DNA of 64,000 nucleotides. Source: the human T2T-CHM13v2.0 reference genome, Homo sapiens. Location: the NCBI RefSeq assembly GCF_009914755.1, contig NC_060925.1, one strand, 5' to 3'. Below the pieces are notes generated by a model. It saw only the letters and a program-made list of their open reading frames with translations, did no database searches and was not told the DNA's origin. The translations under genes and the position numbers were made by a program. Positions 61,766 to 64,000 of the stretch are shown in pieces (the first letter of the stretch is position 1; the number at the start of each line of letters is the position of its first letter).

Positions 61766-62349
61766 TGATGACCTCTCCCAGGACCCAGGGCCCAAGGCCC
61801 CTCCAGCCTTCAGACACATTCTGTGTCCTGGGACCGGGATTCTCAATGGCTGGCATCCGGGGTTCTAGCTGGCAAAGGGCACTCCCAGCTGTGCCAGCCA
61901 CAGTGTGTGCACAGGTGTGAGAAATTGTAGCTGTGTGCACACACGTGAGCATGGCCTGTGACCAGGGGCCACCCCAGCATGCCTATGTGCCTGCTTCTGC
62001 ATGTACACATGGCTGTGTCCTCGGGCACCCGTGTCTGCACATGCTCACATATGTCTTTGTCTGTGCTTTTGCTCAGGTGCTGGAACGTGGGGCCGAGGCG
62101 GGGCAGCTTGTGGGGGCTCCTGGGCCTGTGTCTGCTCCACCACCACCGTCAGAGCTCTTCTGAGTCGCCGTGGGGATTTTGTGGTGCCTCCTCCTCTGGG
62201 CTCTGATCCGGCTGCCCCAGAACCCAAGCTCAGAGGCCTCGTCCCCAGGCGGGTCCTGACCTCGGCAGGCCAGCCTCGCGTTCCCTCAGCCCCATCACAC
62301 CGGCTGACAGGCTGGCATTTCCCTCCCGCCTGGCGTTTCCCCCTGCCGG

Positions 62350-62760
62350 TCATGTCGACAAGCACCATGGGTTTCCTGACAGACGGAAATATCAATCCTT
62401 AGGTACAGGGACAAAGCAGGTTTTAAACTTTAACGAGAGGCTTTAATGGAAATAAAACGTAAAATTCCTCTTCAAATGGAGGTGCTTCTGTTTTATCAGA
62501 GAAAAAGTACCCTAAATAATAAATCGACGTCGTGTGTCGTGGTTCTCGTACCTGCGTGAATATTTAAAACATGCAAACATGTGGGAGATGCATTTGCTGG
62601 GAACAAAAGGAACACACATATTTAACCCCTGAAATAAATAAATAAGGCGAAGGTGCGCAGCTGGAGACAGGGCATGGAGACAGGGAAGGCAGAGGCCATG
62701 TATATTTAACGTGGCAGCTCCACGAGGCTGCGTGTGAGCGGACGTGTGGGCAAACCACCC
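62350..62760. promoter_or_regulatory. Large AT-rich candidate conserved enhancer
   Basis: TTTAATGG, AATAAAA, CGTAAAA at 62458, TTTTATC, AAATCGAC, ATGCAAA, AACAAAAG; CpGs retained in an AT-rich context. Confidence 0.55.
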
Positions 62761-62964
62761 TGAAGCATCGTGGCGAGGCGGGCAGGGGTGCAGGGTCCCG
62801 GCAGGGCAGCCCAGGTGCCCTCTGCCTTACTGTCGGCTGCTTATTTACTGTCTGAAGATTTTAAAAGCCCCAACCACGCTCCTGTCCTGCCTCTCTGTTC
62901 CATCACTGCTCATTTCAGGAGCACCTGGACGCCCATTGTTTATTTAGCGCTACTGTGCGTCTTC

Positions 62965-63325
62965 AGGGCAAGGCATTCATACACGGGTGCCGGAACAAAG
63001 TTCCATGAACCAGGCGGCTGAGAGTCATGGGGATTCCTTCTCCCCCAGTCTGGAGGATGAGGTTTGAAATCCAGTGTCCACGGGTGCTCTGGGAGGGTCC
63101 TCCTTGCCCCTTCCAGCTTCTGCAGGCTCTGGCTTTCCTTGACTCCCGGCCACAGGGCCCCACGCTCTGCATCCTGTCGCACAGCTGTCTTCTCCCTGTG
63201 TGTCACAACCTCATGTTAACGTGACGACATCTGCAAAGATCCTATTTCTGAATAAGGCCCGTTCACAGGTCCTCAGAGTTAGGACCTCAACGTATCTTTT
63301 TGGGGTTACAATTCAATCTACAACA
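62965..63325 (-). mobile_element. MLT1C-type MaLR solo LTR (internally deleted)
   Basis: catctgcaaagatcctatttctgaataaggcccgttcacaggt..ttaggacctcaacgtatctttttggggttacaattcaatctacaaca. Confidence 0.88.
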
Positions 63326-63579
63326 ATGAACCAAAAGCAGCCTGGGGTCCTCTGAAGGGTGGGGAGCCTGGGCCAAGCAGGACAAAGTGACTACCCAGGG
63401 ACCTTTAGCTGGCCTGAGGGGCTTCCCGGAGAGCCGAGCCGGCAGGCAGGAGAGTGCCCTGAACCTGGGACCCCTTCCTCCAGCCCCCAGCCTCATGTCA
63501 GCGGTGGTGGGAGGGGTCTTAACGCATCTTTTCTATCTCTTTCCACTCTTGGAAACCTGGATCTCAGAGTCCAGGGAGA

Positions 63580-63690
63580 GAAGTCATGAGATTTTATGAG
63601 ATGTGGGGAAACAATTTTTAGAACTCGCCATGCGTTTCGGCACCTTTGTTATTTTCGTAAAGTGTGGAGATATGGTCTCCTTGCGTTTGG
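63580..63690. promoter_or_regulatory. Short posterior-HOX/SOX motif island
   Basis: TTTTATGA 63592-63599, AACAAT 63609-63614, CTTTGTT, TCGTAAA 63655-63661. Confidence 0.35.
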
Positions 63691-63869
63691 CTCTCCCTAT
63701 TCCTGGCATCTGGTGATCTCTTTGCTCTCCAAGGCAGGCGGACGGAACATGTTTCTGTTCTGAGGACCTTGTCCTCTGTGACATTTGGGGGCAGGCGGGG
63801 GGCGAGAAGGGGGAGCGTGAGCTGAGCCGGTTGATGGCGAGGCCTGCGCTGTGCTCTCATGCCTTCCCC

Positions 63870-63995
63870 GCTGGTGGCCCTGGGGAGTCACGAGCCTCTG
63901 ATCTCCTTTTCTCATCTGAAAGTGGGTGTCACGCGGCCCCCACCCCACCGGCCTCCACGTGCTGTTAAGGGCAGTGAGCACACCCGTGCGCAAGT
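63870..63995 (+). mobile_element. MIR fragment
   Basis: ccttttctcatctgaaagtggg..gctgttaagggcagtgag. Confidence 0.45.
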
Positions 63996-64000
63996 CCTTG

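Overview
This is primate (very probably human) non-coding genomic DNA. It carries Alu, MIR, L2, L1M, MaLR and hAT repeats on a GC-rich background (about 60% or more by eye, not computed) with many minisatellites, typical of a distal chromosome-arm isochore. I find no host protein-coding exon, RNA gene or prokaryotic system. The long ORFs in the track are read-through of simple or tandem repeats. Four layers of real structure are visible. (1) About 20 short AT-rich islands, often flanked by CpG-rich patches and packed with homeodomain, PBX-HOX, MEIS, TCF and SOX motifs, look like the enhancer field of a developmental gene lying outside the window. (2) A heavily decayed class III (ERVL-type) provirus lies on the minus strand at about 41.7-48.85 kb. 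Its gag-protease-RT-RNase H-integrase-dUTPase remnants are still readable as peptides, and it is interrupted by nested MLT1, Alu and MER20 insertions and VNTRs. (3) The old repeats show a strong AT-to-GC shift. (4) Many VNTRs arose inside transposon remnants. Repeat family assignments rest on recalled consensus sequences, not on a database search, and regulatory calls rest on motifs and composition only. The locus itself was not identified, and I cannot establish a previously undescribed system from sequence alone.
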